64,000 bases of DNA. Origin: Minisyncoccota bacterium. Lineage in GTDB: Bacteria; Patescibacteriota; Minisyncoccia; Phycocordibacterales; JACRKE01. Every line of letters begins with the position of its first letter. The first letter of the stretch is position 1. The translations under genes and the position numbers were made by a program. The notes beneath the pieces were generated by a model, which did no database searches, was not told where the DNA came from, and saw only the letters and a list, made by a program, of their open reading frames with translations. The DNA is taken from contig JBAZWG010000001.1 in the NCBI GenBank assembly GCA_041660505.1, positions 179,979-243,978 on the forward strand. Reading direction: 5' to 3'. This document shows positions 18,501 to 28,192 of this stretch, in pieces.

Positions 18501-20617
18501 CTTGAGTTATTAGACGTAATTGTTATTGGCGCGAGCACTGGCGCGGACTTGTCCATCGTAACGCTTGATGAATTGGTTGTGCTTGTGACAGCAGAAGCAA
18601 CATTGCCAGCCGTATCTGTCGCGGTGATGCTGAACGGTATTGCAATTTCCGGATCGTCAGCCGTCATTGTGGTCGAGGCCGTCCAAGACGTGCCGGAGCC
18701 GGTGATGTTCGCACCTCTGCCGGCGATAGTAACAGTAGGGGAAACTATCGCTTCGTTCGCGACGATTGTAAGCGTAACAATACTGCCGATGCCGGCCTTA
18801 GTGGTATCAGAATTGTTTGAAGCTATCGTAACTGTGTCGAGCGTGGGGGGATTGAAGTCGGCATCGGCAGTGGCAGCAGCTGCACCAGTAGAACCATTGT
18901 GACTGCCACCGCTAGTACCGCTACCGCCTGCGGCCGCGACACTCCCGCTCCACGAACCACCACTTGAATAATGAACTGCAACTATTCCTCCCCCGCCACC
19001 ACCGCTAACATTATTAGTCGTGCCCGCACCGCCGGTCGCCGTTATACTGCCAGAACCTGCGAGAGTATTTGTGTATATATAGACACCACCGCCAGCACCA
19101 CCTCCGCCAGTTTGTGAAAATTGGCCACTTGTACCATCAGAACCATTTGCGACTATAGTGCCGTTAAGTGTAAAACTGCCTGTTGCCAAAATTGAAAGAT
19201 GGCCACCGCCCGCGCCACCGCTTGCGTATCCGCCGACTTCACTTCCCGCACCTCCGGAGCCCATGTCTGTAGGGTGAGTCGCGGTATCGTAAGCGACACC
19301 TCCGCCGGCCCCATTGCCACCGTCTCCCCCTCTGCCGCCATGGCCACCTCCGTCACCTTGGACAGTCACTCCCACTCCTCCTCCGCCGGGTCCGTTGCCT
19401 ATTTGCGTGGGACTCCCTCCGGTATACCCCTTACCTGAGATGCTAATGGATCCGCCAGAATCAATTGTAACGTCTGTAATTGTCCAATCTATGTAATTTG
19501 TTTTGGCTGTGGTATTCGTCTTGTGAGTCATTAGACCGCTCGATTTTATCGTGAGAGCATCAAGGGTAATAGTGTTATCAGCGAAGCCAGTACCAACATT
19601 AGAAGATACTCCGTTGTTAGCAACAAAAATTTCACCATATGTCTCTGCGGCTGATTTTGTAAAAATAGTTCCGGCTCCGGCATCCTGACCTCCGCTGTAA
19701 TGAGTACCGCCGTATGCTTTAACGTAAGTGTCAAAGTTGGACGACGTAAACATGTTGTTCGTGGTGTAACGAATTGCAATTCTGCCACCCCCACCACCAC
19801 CGCTAGAGTTGTTCGAGCTACCCACACCTCCGTTTGCGGTGATAGTCCCCGCACCGTTCAGAGTCCCTGTGTTTATTAAAATACTTCCGCCCGCGCCACC
19901 ACCACCGGTTTGAGAAAACTGACCACCTACCGCATTGGAACCATTCGCCGAAATCGTTCCGCCGATTGTTGCCGTACCCGAAATTGTAAGGCTAATAAGA
20001 CCACCTCCTGTGCCACCGCTTGCATAACCTCCAACACCACTTCCGGAACCGCCCGATCCCATATCTGTCGGTGTAGAGGCAGAATCATAGACCGTACCTC
20101 CGGCACCACCATCTCCCTTACCGCCAAATCCTCCATGGCCACCACCGTTGCCCTGGATGTCTGCGCCTCCTACGCCGCCGCCGGGGCCGGAACCGGAAGT
20201 CAAGCCGCCACCGCCCGCATAACCCAAACCGGCCGCAGTGAGAGTGCCGTTGATGGTCGTGCTCGCGGCGGTAATATTTACACTGCCGTAACTAGCGCCG
20301 TCATACGCTTTGACAGAAACCGTGCCGGAAGGAATTGAGAACCCTGCTATCCCGCAGTGAGCGCCGGCGATAGCGATTCCCGCCGTGCCGTCCAAGTCCC
20401 ACGTGTCGCCATTGGTTGGTGTCCAGTCCTGGTCTACGCCATCTACGGCGTGATCATTCGCACATGTGTCGGCCTTACTTATAAAAGGGGTTAGTGCGAA
20501 TTTATGGATAGCGACGGCAACAACAGCCACCGCCAAGACGTGGACAAAAATATGGAATGCCGGACACCTTTCCGCATCAATAAAGTGGCGCGACAGCGTT
20601 GTTGGATATTTCGCCAT
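15590..20617 (-). CDS. Large surface protein: Gly-rich repeats, six about 102-aa Ig-like repeats, C-terminal peptidoglycan-binding domain
   Basis: 1675 aa; N-terminal hydrophobic segment; two GGGHGG..GSGG units; six DK..P....TI.SNN repeats; terminal GYFG.LT..AV..FQ. Confidence 0.85.
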   Translation of the reverse strand: MAKYPTTLSRHFIDAERCPAFHIFVHVLAVAVVAVAIHKFALTPFISKADTCANDHAVDGVDQDWTPTNGDTWDLDGTAGIAIAGAHCGIAGFSIPSGTVSVKAYDGASYGSVNITAASTTINGTLTAAGLGYAGGGGLTSGSGPGGGVGGADIQGNGGGHGGFGGKGDGGAGGTVYDSASTPTDMGSGGSGSGVGGYASGGTGGGLISLTISGTATIGGTISANGSNAVGGQFSQTGGGGAGGSILINTGTLNGAGTITANGGVGSSNNSSGGGGGGRIAIRYTTNNMFTSSNFDTYVKAYGGTHYSGGQDAGAGTIFTKSAAETYGEIFVANNGVSSNVGTGFADNTITLDALTIKSSGLMTHKTNTTAKTNYIDWTITDVTIDSGGSISISGKGYTGGSPTQIGNGPGGGGVGVTVQGDGGGHGGRGGDGGNGAGGGVAYDTATHPTDMGSGGAGSEVGGYASGGAGGGHLSILATGSFTLNGTIVANGSDGTSGQFSQTGGGGAGGGVYIYTNTLAGSGSITATGGAGTTNNVSGGGGGGIVAVHYSSGGSWSGSVAAAGGSGTSGGSHNGSTGAAAATADADFNPPTLDTVTIASNNSDTTKAGIGSIVTLTIVANEAIVSPTVTIAGRGANITGSGTSWTASTTMTADDPEIAIPFSITATDTAGNVASAVTSTTNSSSVTMDKSAPVLAPITITSNNSSTTRAKTDDIVTLSFTANKSIQTPVVTIDGRGANITGSGTTWQASTTMQAGDTEAVVTFSVTATDTLGNEATPVTATSNGSAVTFDKTVPTVPTVTISSSNSSTTLAKTDNVVTLAFTADESLRTPVVTIAGRSATVLGSGTTWTASTTMQSGDSETAVAFSITPTDAAGNEGSAVTAITTGLNVVFDKTVPTLSPVTISSNNTTNTLAKVADIVTLTFTSSEAIATPTVTIFGRPATVLGSGTSWTASTTMETGDTNGTVTFSATPIDMAGNSGIAVTAITSGSNVRFDKTPPAVSTVTISSNNTTNTLAKVANIVTLIFTTDENIKTPTVTIAGRAASVSGSNSSWSATQTMETGDTESAISFAITPVDLAGNVGTTALAVTSGSNVTFDKSAPTLSPVTIASNNNTTASRATTNDIVTLTFTANESITTPTVLIASRSANITGSGTSWTASTTMISGDTQQVIQFSITPTDIVGNAASAVTAITSGSGVTFDKSTPTISITTPTEGSMIATSTTPQVTTNEAATCTYSYDGADSVAFATTGGTTHTASAITGITGTAHTLTVTCNDLAGNVNTSATRNFKSLTTSGTTVTGGSEPVVFEGTSSGGVTMPSSITTLVLSESSPLSASTSLSSISGGNLTLNGSILPLGAFTSGSLVSVDLTQPQTIADKTVTVGTGFTLNSGTTGSPVVITGSAVSGTSLSIPDATSIMGPTDWDGKITPPITGSSAGTSPSGFLVGDAIQIGSADVTLIFDKAVTLTFDTVKTMVFKMAGSDTWQTLSTCAGTYSSPTDPTPFGECGISNGLQTKVLTYHFTTFGTLTAVPEVVRLASNNGPIYGWVMGLFSDAKPKVMEKVVPTVTPADSFIFLHPVISKRAQTQVRVPATIKGASSINSVLVIGSRGSSVTLLQRLLAQDKSIYKNGQVTGYFGNLTLQAVQKFQEKYGIAKRGAIGYGVVGPATRAMLVTVFGN

Positions 20618-20691
20618 ATATTATAAATTATAATGTTTTTCTCTGCGAAAACAAAATAATTTATACACAGAAAACAAAAGTTTTTTTATAT

Positions 20692-21171
20692 TTAAGCGTC
20701 TTGCGATTGATCGAAGGCTATCGAGTCCAGATTAGGCTTTTCATTCTGCTTCCTTTCTTCCACTTCTTTTATAAATTCCTGTTTGTCTTGGTCGAACTTG
20801 CTTTCCACCTCTTCATATTCAATCGCACTAAGCACCGCTTTGATATCGTGGGCTCCGAGTATCGAGCTCTCATATTTGCTTGCACCGGAGATGTCTCGCC
20901 TGATCTTCTTTTGCTTTTCCGCTGGTAGTTCAAAAAAGGCGATGATTAGGCGCAAGTCGTCAAGCTGTGCGCTTTTGTTCGGGTCGCCGTCCGGCAGGTT
21001 AATAATTCTTTCCGCTCGCCTAAGTACGGCGTTGCTACCGGTGGCACGCGCATGATTTATGATTTCATTAACCCTTATCTCCGCCGCCCTGCCGGCCAAG
21101 ATCTCGTTTATCTCCAAAATTTCGTCGGTAATATCCTCCCCTCCCGCCGTGTTAAATGGTTCTTTATTCAT
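20692..21171 (-). CDS. Hypothetical acidic protein
   Basis: Open frame from ATG 21171; no recognised motif. Confidence 0.55.
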   Translation of the reverse strand: MNKEPFNTAGGEDITDEILEINEILAGRAAEIRVNEIINHARATGSNAVLRRAERIINLPDGDPNKSAQLDDLRLIIAFFELPAEKQKKIRRDISGASKYESSILGAHDIKAVLSAIEYEEVESKFDQDKQEFIKEVEERKQNEKPNLDSIAFDQSQDA

Positions 21172-21360
21172 AGAATATGATATTAGCAAATATTCCGTAT
21201 TCGTCAAAATAAATCTGCCGAGGTTCGACCTCGGCAATACGGATAAAAACACAGAAGCCCGGGCGGAATGAAGATTTTAACCTCCTTCTCCGCCTCGGGC
21301 TTCGTAAAGAACATTTTTGAAAACTACGACACGTCTACCGGACGTGCACGGGCGCTTAAA

Positions 21361-22185
21361 TTACTTCGAGCGCTTTTTTCTTCCCCCTTTGGAGCGGACT
21401 GACTCGCTCTCGAGCCTCTCGACTCGAGAGCGAGTCTCCTCCGCATCCGCCCAGAGCTTCAGGCCGGCTCCGGCCTCGCCCGCAAAATGCGGGTCGAGGC
21501 GTAGGCCGGACGAGGTGCCGATGTAGATGTTGACCATCGGCGCCTCGCGAAGCGAGGCAGTCGTCACCGGCTTGGTAGCCGGCGCCGCCGTGGTGGTGGG
21601 GACAGGTGTTGAGGTCGCCTGCGGAGCCGGTTGGCTCCCGCAAGTTTGAGCGGTCGCCGAGTTGTTGCCTCCGTTAACCACGATGCTCGGCTGGGTGGCA
21701 GGAGCGGGCGTAGGGTGACCAACGAGGACCGGAGTCCCCGTCAAAATACCCGAGGCCCAGTTCGACCACTCTTTGAGTGTGTCGAGGCGGCCGAGGAGTT
21801 CTGTCTTCTCCTCCTTCACCGCCGCTGTCTCAGCTTGGGTCCATTCCAGCTCCTCGCGGAGCTTGGCGAGCTCGCCTTCCTTGACCGTTAGCACCTGCTC
21901 GCGGTCGATAAGAAGCCGTTGTTGTTCGCTAAGCTTCTTCTCCAGCGACACGATGGCCCGGCCGAAATCAAATTGAACGCGACCAAGCTCCGTCTTGAGC
22001 TCGGCGACCTGCCCGCGAATGCGAGCGGTCTGCGGGCCAGTCGCCGCACCCTGCTCGCGCACAATGCGCGCCAGGGTATCGACGGCCACGTTATTGGTGT
22101 CGAACTCGTTCGGCGTTATTGCCAGAACGAGACACCAGAGACCAACGACAACCAGACCCCAGAAACCAAGCATTTGCTGTCGCAT
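21361..22185 (-). CDS. Membrane-anchored coiled-coil hypothetical protein with P/T-rich linker
   Basis: N-terminal TM, heptad region, GGAGG upstream, GC3-rich codons. Confidence 0.7.
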   Translation of the reverse strand: MRQQMLGFWGLVVVGLWCLVLAITPNEFDTNNVAVDTLARIVREQGAATGPQTARIRGQVAELKTELGRVQFDFGRAIVSLEKKLSEQQRLLIDREQVLTVKEGELAKLREELEWTQAETAAVKEEKTELLGRLDTLKEWSNWASGILTGTPVLVGHPTPAPATQPSIVVNGGNNSATAQTCGSQPAPQATSTPVPTTTAAPATKPVTTASLREAPMVNIYIGTSSGLRLDPHFAGEAGAGLKLWADAEETRSRVERLESESVRSKGGRKKRSK

Positions 22186-22401
22186 ATCCTAGCCCCCTCC
22201 CGGAGGCCGTATAACATTGTGAACCGTGGCGGACGCCACGGTTCGTTTTCGTAGTTTCAAAAATCTACCGTCAGTATACTAACATATTATTGACATTTGT
22301 GTCAAGAGTGTTTCTTTATTGTATTTTAGGACTTTTTGTCCTTGGCCGGCCTGCATCACTTGTGCAGGCCGGCTTGGACACTTCGTGCCGTCCACCAGAA
22401 C

Positions 22402-22707
22402 TCACTTCACGCCGGCCGGCGAGTAGAGAGTCCAGTGGAATATGATCCGGAGGCGCCAGAAGAAGCGCTCCATCGAGGCGACTCTCTCGATCTTCTCGAA
22501 TTGAGTCTCCACAACAAGGTGGTCGTCCCCCTTGTTGTTGAACTCCCTCTTGATTTTGTCCTTGATTCCTACGATGAAGGCCTTCTCCTCGTGCTCAATA
22601 CAGTAAGCCGTGTTATTCGACTTACCCGTCTTGATGCCTTCCTCGATCCGCCGCTTCAGGACGGACTTGATGTCATCAACAATATCTTGATAAACGAAGT
22701 CGGGCAT
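22402..22707 (-). CDS. Hypothetical protein
   Basis: GAGGAGAGGG SD-like stretch before ATG 22707; coherent codon usage. Confidence 0.55.
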   Translation of the reverse strand: MPDFVYQDIVDDIKSVLKRRIEEGIKTGKSNNTAYCIEHEEKAFIVGIKDKIKREFNNKGDDHLVVETQFEKIERVASMERFFWRLRIIFHWTLYSPAGVK

Positions 22708-22907
22708 TCCCTCTCCTCTCACCTATCGCACGGCACGTGCGAAACTTGCTTTATCCTACAGATTTCCGTCAATAACGCAAACAGCGGAGGTTCAACCTCC
22801 GCTGTTCTGTTGTCACCGAGGAGAGACCTCCGCTTTTCCGGAGGACTCACCTCGCCGTCTTTAATTTTATTATTCCTAACTCCTATCTCCCATCTCCTAA
22901 CTCCTCT

Positions 22908-24590
<1,683 letters not shown>

Positions 24591-24607
24591 TTATTAGTTT
24601 GTAGTTT

Positions 24608-24922
24608 TTAGTTTTCAAAAACTAATGAAATACTAGACTCGGAGAGAACTAAGTACTCCTTTCCCCCGATTTTAAATTCTTCGGATCCGTATTTTGCAAA
24701 CATCACCTTCTCGCCAACCTTTACGTTCATTGGTAGGATTTTGCCATTCTCATCGCGTTTGCCCGGGCCAATGGCCACGATAACGCCCTGCTCGGCACGT
24801 TCTTTTTCTGCCGTCTCCGGTATAAAAATCCCGCTCTTCGTAAGAGCGCCTCGCTCATGTTCTGCTAGAGGCTCTACGATAACGCGATCAGCCAAAGGTC
24901 GCACGCTTAGTTTTTTTGCCAT
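24608..24922 (-). CDS. groS: Co-chaperonin GroES
   Basis: RPLADRVIV, TKSGIFIPETA.KE, VKVGEKV; start at ATG 24922. Confidence 0.97.
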   Translation of the reverse strand: MAKKLSVRPLADRVIVEPLAEHERGALTKSGIFIPETAEKERAEQGVIVAIGPGKRDENGKILPMNVKVGEKVMFAKYGSEEFKIGGKEYLVLSESSISLVFEN

Positions 24923-25181
24923 ACTGTTTTTGTTAGTTAAGAACTTTTGCGTTTGATTGCCGAGTCGGCGTCGGAGCCCGCCGGTAGGCGGGTAAAGACG
25001 CGAGGCAAGCAAATGCATAAGTTCTTTGTTTTAATAAAAAAGTTTACCCTATGTAGAGTAAACATCTCATTATATGCAGAAAGTAACCCGGAGTCAAATT
25101 TTGACTATTGACAAATAAATCGAGATTGTGAAAAATAGAGATTGTTGTTTGAACCCTGACCGGAAGAAAGGAGAGGTCTTG

Positions 25182-25304
25182 ATGAAGGGCGTCAGTAAGG
25201 AATATCTGGAATCGCAGAGCCGGGCGTGGTCTGAAGCAGAAGAGACCAAACCCGAAGAACCCACGCCTCCGCCACAGAAGCCCCCGCCCGCCCCGGAGAA
25301 ATGA
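25182..25304 (+). CDS. Small Pro/Glu-rich peptide (40 aa), absent from the ORF track
   Basis: AAGGAGAGG SD then MKGVSKEYLESQSRAWSEAEETKPEEPTPPPQKPPPAPEK*; TTGACA upstream; hairpin ACGACCAGCACA/TGTGCTGGTCGT downstream. Confidence 0.5.
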   Translation: MKGVSKEYLESQSRAWSEAEETKPEEPTPPPQKPPPAPEK

Positions 25305-25358
25305 GGCGGCGAGCCCGGTCGAACGACCAGCACAAAGGTTTGTGCTGGTCGTTTGCAT

Positions 25359-25508
25359 TTGACAAATAAGTGTCTTTTAGCTACATTTATATGCATGAAT
25401 ATCACACGCGGGATCATTATTATTAACCTCATTATTCCTCACAGAGGGGCTTAATTCTCGCATATACCAAAACTAAGCCCCTCTTGCGAAAACGAGAGGG
25501 GCTTTTTT
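25359..25508 (+). promoter_or_regulatory. Promoter, Ile-rich leader peptide and transcription attenuator
   Basis: TTGACA-17-TACATT; ORF 25395-25454 MNITRGIIIINLIIPHRGA*; mutually exclusive antiterminator and terminator helices. Confidence 0.75.
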
Positions 25509-25648
25509 CGTGAAAATTGTTGAAGGGTCGGCAAAGTGCGTTTGATAAGATGCATTTTGCCAACCCCTTAACGAGTAGAGAGTAGGGGGTTGTGTACTGG
25601 ACATTTACAGTTTTTCGACGCCGCGCATTGCGCGGAGGAGTAACGAGT

Positions 25649-25870
25649 ATGAAGACGAAGAAGACGAGGGTTCTTGTCATCCTGCCGGCCGGGGCAAATG
25701 TCGCCGAGCTTGAGGACTTTTTGTCCTCCCTCGGCGGAATCGTGGCCGCAAAAGAGGAAGACGAGTCGAAGAAGAAGTTCTCCGCCGAGGTTTTCTGGAG
25801 CGGGGAGGCCACGCGACATCACCGCAAAGAGGAAGATGTGCAGGCGGTCGGACACGTCGGCGGGCTCTGA
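25649..25870 (+). CDS. Small hypothetical protein (73 aa) downstream of the attenuator
   Basis: GGAGGAG SD before ATG 25649; strong hairpin 25889-25925 after the stop. Confidence 0.65.
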   Translation: MKTKKTRVLVILPAGANVAELEDFLSSLGGIVAAKEEDESKKKFSAEVFWSGEATRHHRKEEDVQAVGHVGGL

Positions 25871-25985
25871 ACCCGAAGAAAACTGTAGACAGGCTGGCAT
25901 CGAATCAATTTCGATGCCAGCCTGTTCTCGTTCGAGATGACACTTTCTGGACTTTTTCGGTCAGTATGTTATGATACTACCCATC

Positions 25986-26219
25986 ATGCAGTTACTTCAG
26001 ACAGCATTGCCTTGGATACAAGTAGTCCTCGCTATTGTGCTTACCGGCCTCATCATGCTCCAGCAAGGTGAAGGGTCACTCGGCGCCGCATTTGGTGGCG
26101 ACAGTACCGCCGGCGGCTTCCGCACCAAACGTGGAGCGGAGAAGGTCATCTTCAATATTACTCTTGTGGTCAGTATCTTGTTCGTTGTCGCAGCCATCGT
26201 TACCCTTCTCATTAAGTAA
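25986..26219 (+). CDS. secG: Preprotein translocase subunit SecG
   Basis: Two TM helices with LQQ.EG.LG.AFGG...RGAEK. Confidence 0.93.
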   Translation: MQLLQTALPWIQVVLAIVLTGLIMLQQGEGSLGAAFGGDSTAGGFRTKRGAEKVIFNITLVVSILFVVAAIVTLLIK

Positions 26220-26312
26220 ATTACAAAGCAGAATTGGAGAATTTAGGAATTTGAGAATTAGGGAATATTCTTAAATTCTAAAATTCTTTAATTCATAAAT
26301 TCTGTCAGAATT

Positions 26313-28121
26313 TTGATCAATTTTCATTTTTTGGAGTCTTTATCGCGCAAGTACGACGAGTTCGGAAAGGCGCTTGCTCCCAAGTCAAAAGCGGGTAAAA
26401 AAATATACGACTTCTTCGGCTATTTCTCTTTGAAAGAAAGATTGGCTTTTTATGTTCTGCTTTTAATTTTCCTCATGAGCTTCGGACTTTTGGTAAAAAA
26501 GCTTAATGATATGATTACGGTTGAGGTGCCTCTCTTCGGCGGAACACTGCGCGAGGGTATCGTGGGCATTCCGCGTTTTAGTAATCCCGTTCTGGCCTCG
26601 AGCGACGTGGATAAGGATGTGGCGAGCCTTATTTATTCCGGCCTTATGCGCGTCGGGTCAGAAGGCAAACTAATCCCCGATCTGGCAGAAAATTATTCCG
26701 TATCTCCAGACGGTCTTACATATACTTTCGTTCTTAAGAAGAATCTTGTATTCCATGACGGGAGCAAGCTCTCGAGTGCCGACGTCGCCTATACTATCAA
26801 TCAAGTTAAGAATCCGATTTTCAAAAGTCCTCGCGGAGCGGCTTGGAGCGGAATCAATATAGAAACTCCCGACGACCTAACTGTTGTGTTCCATCTCAAA
26901 TCTCCTTACGCACTCTTCCTCGAAAGTACGACGTTGGGAATACTCCCGAAAAGTTTATGGAAGAAGACGAATGACGAGACATTCCCCTATAACGAGCTTA
27001 ATCTAGCGGGCGTCGGTTCCGGACCATACAAAGTGGTGAATGTTGCAAAAAATAAAGACAGCGTACCAACAGTATTGACACTCACTGCGTTTAACTCTTT
27101 CACGCTTGCCAAGCCTTATATCAAGAACATCAAACTGTACTTCTACGCGAATGAAGAGGCACGGTCTGCCGCTTATGGAGCCGGTTATATAGACACACTC
27201 TCCGGCATCACAGCGGAGGATGTGGGGGCACTTAACACGGGCAAAGGTCACATAGTCTCATTCTATCTCCCAAGAATCTTCGCCGTGTTCTTCAATCAAA
27301 ACCAAGAATCTGCCTTCACTTACCGTGAGGTTCGCGCAGCACTCGACGCTTCGCTCGATAAAGAAGCCATTACTCGTACCGTGCTTCATGATTATGGCAA
27401 CGCGATAAACGGCACGATTCCGCCGGGTTCGTTCGGCTACGCGAGCAGTACCAATCCTATAAAAGATCAGCCGGCACGCATCGCAAGCGCCCAAGCCCTA
27501 CTGCAACAGAACGGTTGGAATAAAGTTGGCGGAGTTTACCAAAAGAAGTTTACCGGCGACCCTAAGAAAAAGAGTAGTTCGACGGTCGTCTCTCTCGCCT
27601 TCTCTATTTCTACGGCAGACACGCCGGAACTCAAGCGGACAGCAGAACTGATTCGAGACACGTGGAACAGCCTTGGCGCAAAAGTCGAGCTCAAGGTATA
27701 TGAGATCGGCGACTTGAATCAAAACGTCATTCGTCCTCGCAATTTCGATGCGTTATTCTTCGGCGAGATTGTCGGCCGCAACCCCGACCCATTCTTCTAC
27801 TGGCATTCGTCGGAACGCGCCGACCCGGGACTCAATATCGCCATGTACGCAAACCCAGCCGTTGATAAGCTTGTAGACAGCATTCGTGCCAGCGCATCCG
27901 ACAGCGACCGACTAGACAAGCTCCGCAAACTGGACACAGCAATAAAGCGCGACCAGCCGGCTTCATTCATATATGCGCCACAATACATTTATCTTATTAA
28001 TAATCGGGTGCGAGGAGTGACGCCGATGTCTCTCACGACACCCAATGAAAGATTCTCTAATATCTACACCTGGTACATCGATACCGAAAGAGTGTGGAAG
28101 ATTTTTACTAAACAGAATTAA
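26313..28121 (+). CDS. ABC transporter peptide-binding protein (family 5, OppA/DppA-like), membrane-anchored
   Basis: PDLAE.Y.VS.DG.TYTF.LK....FHDG, GSGPY. Confidence 0.9.
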   Translation: MINFHFLESLSRKYDEFGKALAPKSKAGKKIYDFFGYFSLKERLAFYVLLLIFLMSFGLLVKKLNDMITVEVPLFGGTLREGIVGIPRFSNPVLASSDVDKDVASLIYSGLMRVGSEGKLIPDLAENYSVSPDGLTYTFVLKKNLVFHDGSKLSSADVAYTINQVKNPIFKSPRGAAWSGINIETPDDLTVVFHLKSPYALFLESTTLGILPKSLWKKTNDETFPYNELNLAGVGSGPYKVVNVAKNKDSVPTVLTLTAFNSFTLAKPYIKNIKLYFYANEEARSAAYGAGYIDTLSGITAEDVGALNTGKGHIVSFYLPRIFAVFFNQNQESAFTYREVRAALDASLDKEAITRTVLHDYGNAINGTIPPGSFGYASSTNPIKDQPARIASAQALLQQNGWNKVGGVYQKKFTGDPKKKSSSTVVSLAFSISTADTPELKRTAELIRDTWNSLGAKVELKVYEIGDLNQNVIRPRNFDALFFGEIVGRNPDPFFYWHSSERADPGLNIAMYANPAVDKLVDSIRASASDSDRLDKLRKLDTAIKRDQPASFIYAPQYIYLINNRVRGVTPMSLTTPNERFSNIYTWYIDTERVWKIFTKQN

Positions 28122-28192
28122 AGAATTTCAGAATTTAGGAATTTAATTCATTCTTACATTCTCATATTCTTTAATTCATAAATTCCGTTAAC

